Source: an uncultured Isosphaeraceae bacterium
Lineage (GTDB): Bacteria; Planctomycetota; Phycisphaerae; Phycisphaerales; SM1A02
Length of the DNA: 47,422 bases
Reading direction: 5' to 3'
Assembly (NCBI GenBank): GCA_964558055.1
Contig: CAZLCM010000001.1
Coordinates: 1 to 47,422, forward strand
Shown here piece by piece: positions 46,947 through 47,422 of this stretch (positions are counted from its first letter, which is position 1; the number at the start of each line of letters is the position of its first letter). The notes below the pieces were generated by a model. The model saw nothing but the letters and a program-made list of their open reading frames with translations. It was not told the DNA's origin and made no database searches. The translations under genes were made by a program, and so were the position numbers.

Positions 46947-47315
46947 TTACTTAAGTCCGCGGCGTTTATCACGAAGCCGTCTTGCTTTACCTACTCGATC
47001 ACGCAAGAAGTATAATTTTGCACGTCGTGCATCACCCTGTCGAACGATTTCGATTTGTGCGATACGTGGAGAGTGAAGAGGGAAGATTCGTTCCACACCT
47101 TCATTTGCAACAATTCGGCGGACGGTAATTGTCTCGTTTACACCGCGACCCTTGCGGCCAATTAGGACACCTTGGAAAATTTGGATGCGTTCTTTTTCAC
47201 CTTCAACGATTGTGTAGTGAACGTTGATTGTATCGCCTACACTAAAGTCAGGGAAAAAATCGTCTGCTCGTAATTGGTCAGAGGTTACTGATTCGACTGT
47301 TTGTTGTTGGCCCAT
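46947..47315 (-). CDS. rplS: 50S ribosomal protein L19
   Basis: [45 protein letters not shown]...[20 protein letters not shown]. Confidence 0.97.
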   Translation of the reverse strand: MGQQQTVESVTSDQLRADDFFPDFSVGDTINVHYTIVEGEKERIQIFQGVLIGRKGRGVNETITVRRIVANEGVERIFPLHSPRIAQIEIVRQGDARRAKLYFLRDRVGKARRLRDKRRGLK

Positions 47316-47384
47316 GGTTGGGTTCCTTTCTTACTAATCCGGTGAGTAGCACTGGGGCTATTCCGGTGGTGACTTGAGAAAAAC

Positions 47385-47422
47385 TCAGGGGTCAACTTCC
47401 TCATTGTCGAGCAATTCTGGAC
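47385..47422 (-). CDS. possible 3' end of trmD (tRNA m1G37 methyltransferase), entering from beyond the window end
   Basis: The minus-strand frame reads ..PELLDNEEVDP* (stop 47385-47387). It resembles the RPELL motif near TrmD C-termini and fits the common trmD-rplS order. Only 12 codons are visible. Confidence 0.3.
   Translation of the reverse strand, partial: PELLDNEEVDP

Overview
47.4-kb chromosomal segment, low-40s %GC by eye, with no rRNA, CRISPR array, transposase or prophage genes. The content is mostly housekeeping: dnaB, clpC, gyrA, nusA-infB-rbfA, rplS and a possible trmD tail, surE, a YebC-family gene and a Xer-like recombinase. It also carries Gram-negative envelope genes: an LpxL-family acyltransferase, lpxI, a LolD/LolCE-like ABC pair, dsbD, exbD with a TonB-like gene, and a TolB-like propeller. 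There is one tRNA-Lys(UUU). The HU-like protein sequence, LpxI and the ECF/anti-sigma style operon suggest Planctomycetota/PVC, but that is inference only. Five things deserve a second look. (1) A translationally coupled SNF2 ATPase + SWIM zinc-finger pair starts 19 nt after the tRNA-Lys and lies near the tyrosine recombinase. It is the only accessory-looking block, and I could not show it is a mobile island. (2) A 22-nt palindrome-cored repeat (AAACGACCCGCGGGATTGTTTT) occurs 3 times exactly, plus variants, at three intergenic loci, always in the same orientation. (3) A roughly 200-nt multi-hairpin RNA candidate ends in an intrinsic terminator just upstream of nusA, followed by a 48-nt G-free tract. 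(4) A five-gene ECF sigma / anti-sigma / Cys-rich secreted protein / Dpp-type half ABC transporter operon. (5) An HhH-GPD-like protein with a histone-H1-like lysine tail, encoded by 30-bp tandem repeats, sits where truB usually follows rbfA. All functional calls come from reading motifs in the supplied translations. No database search was run.
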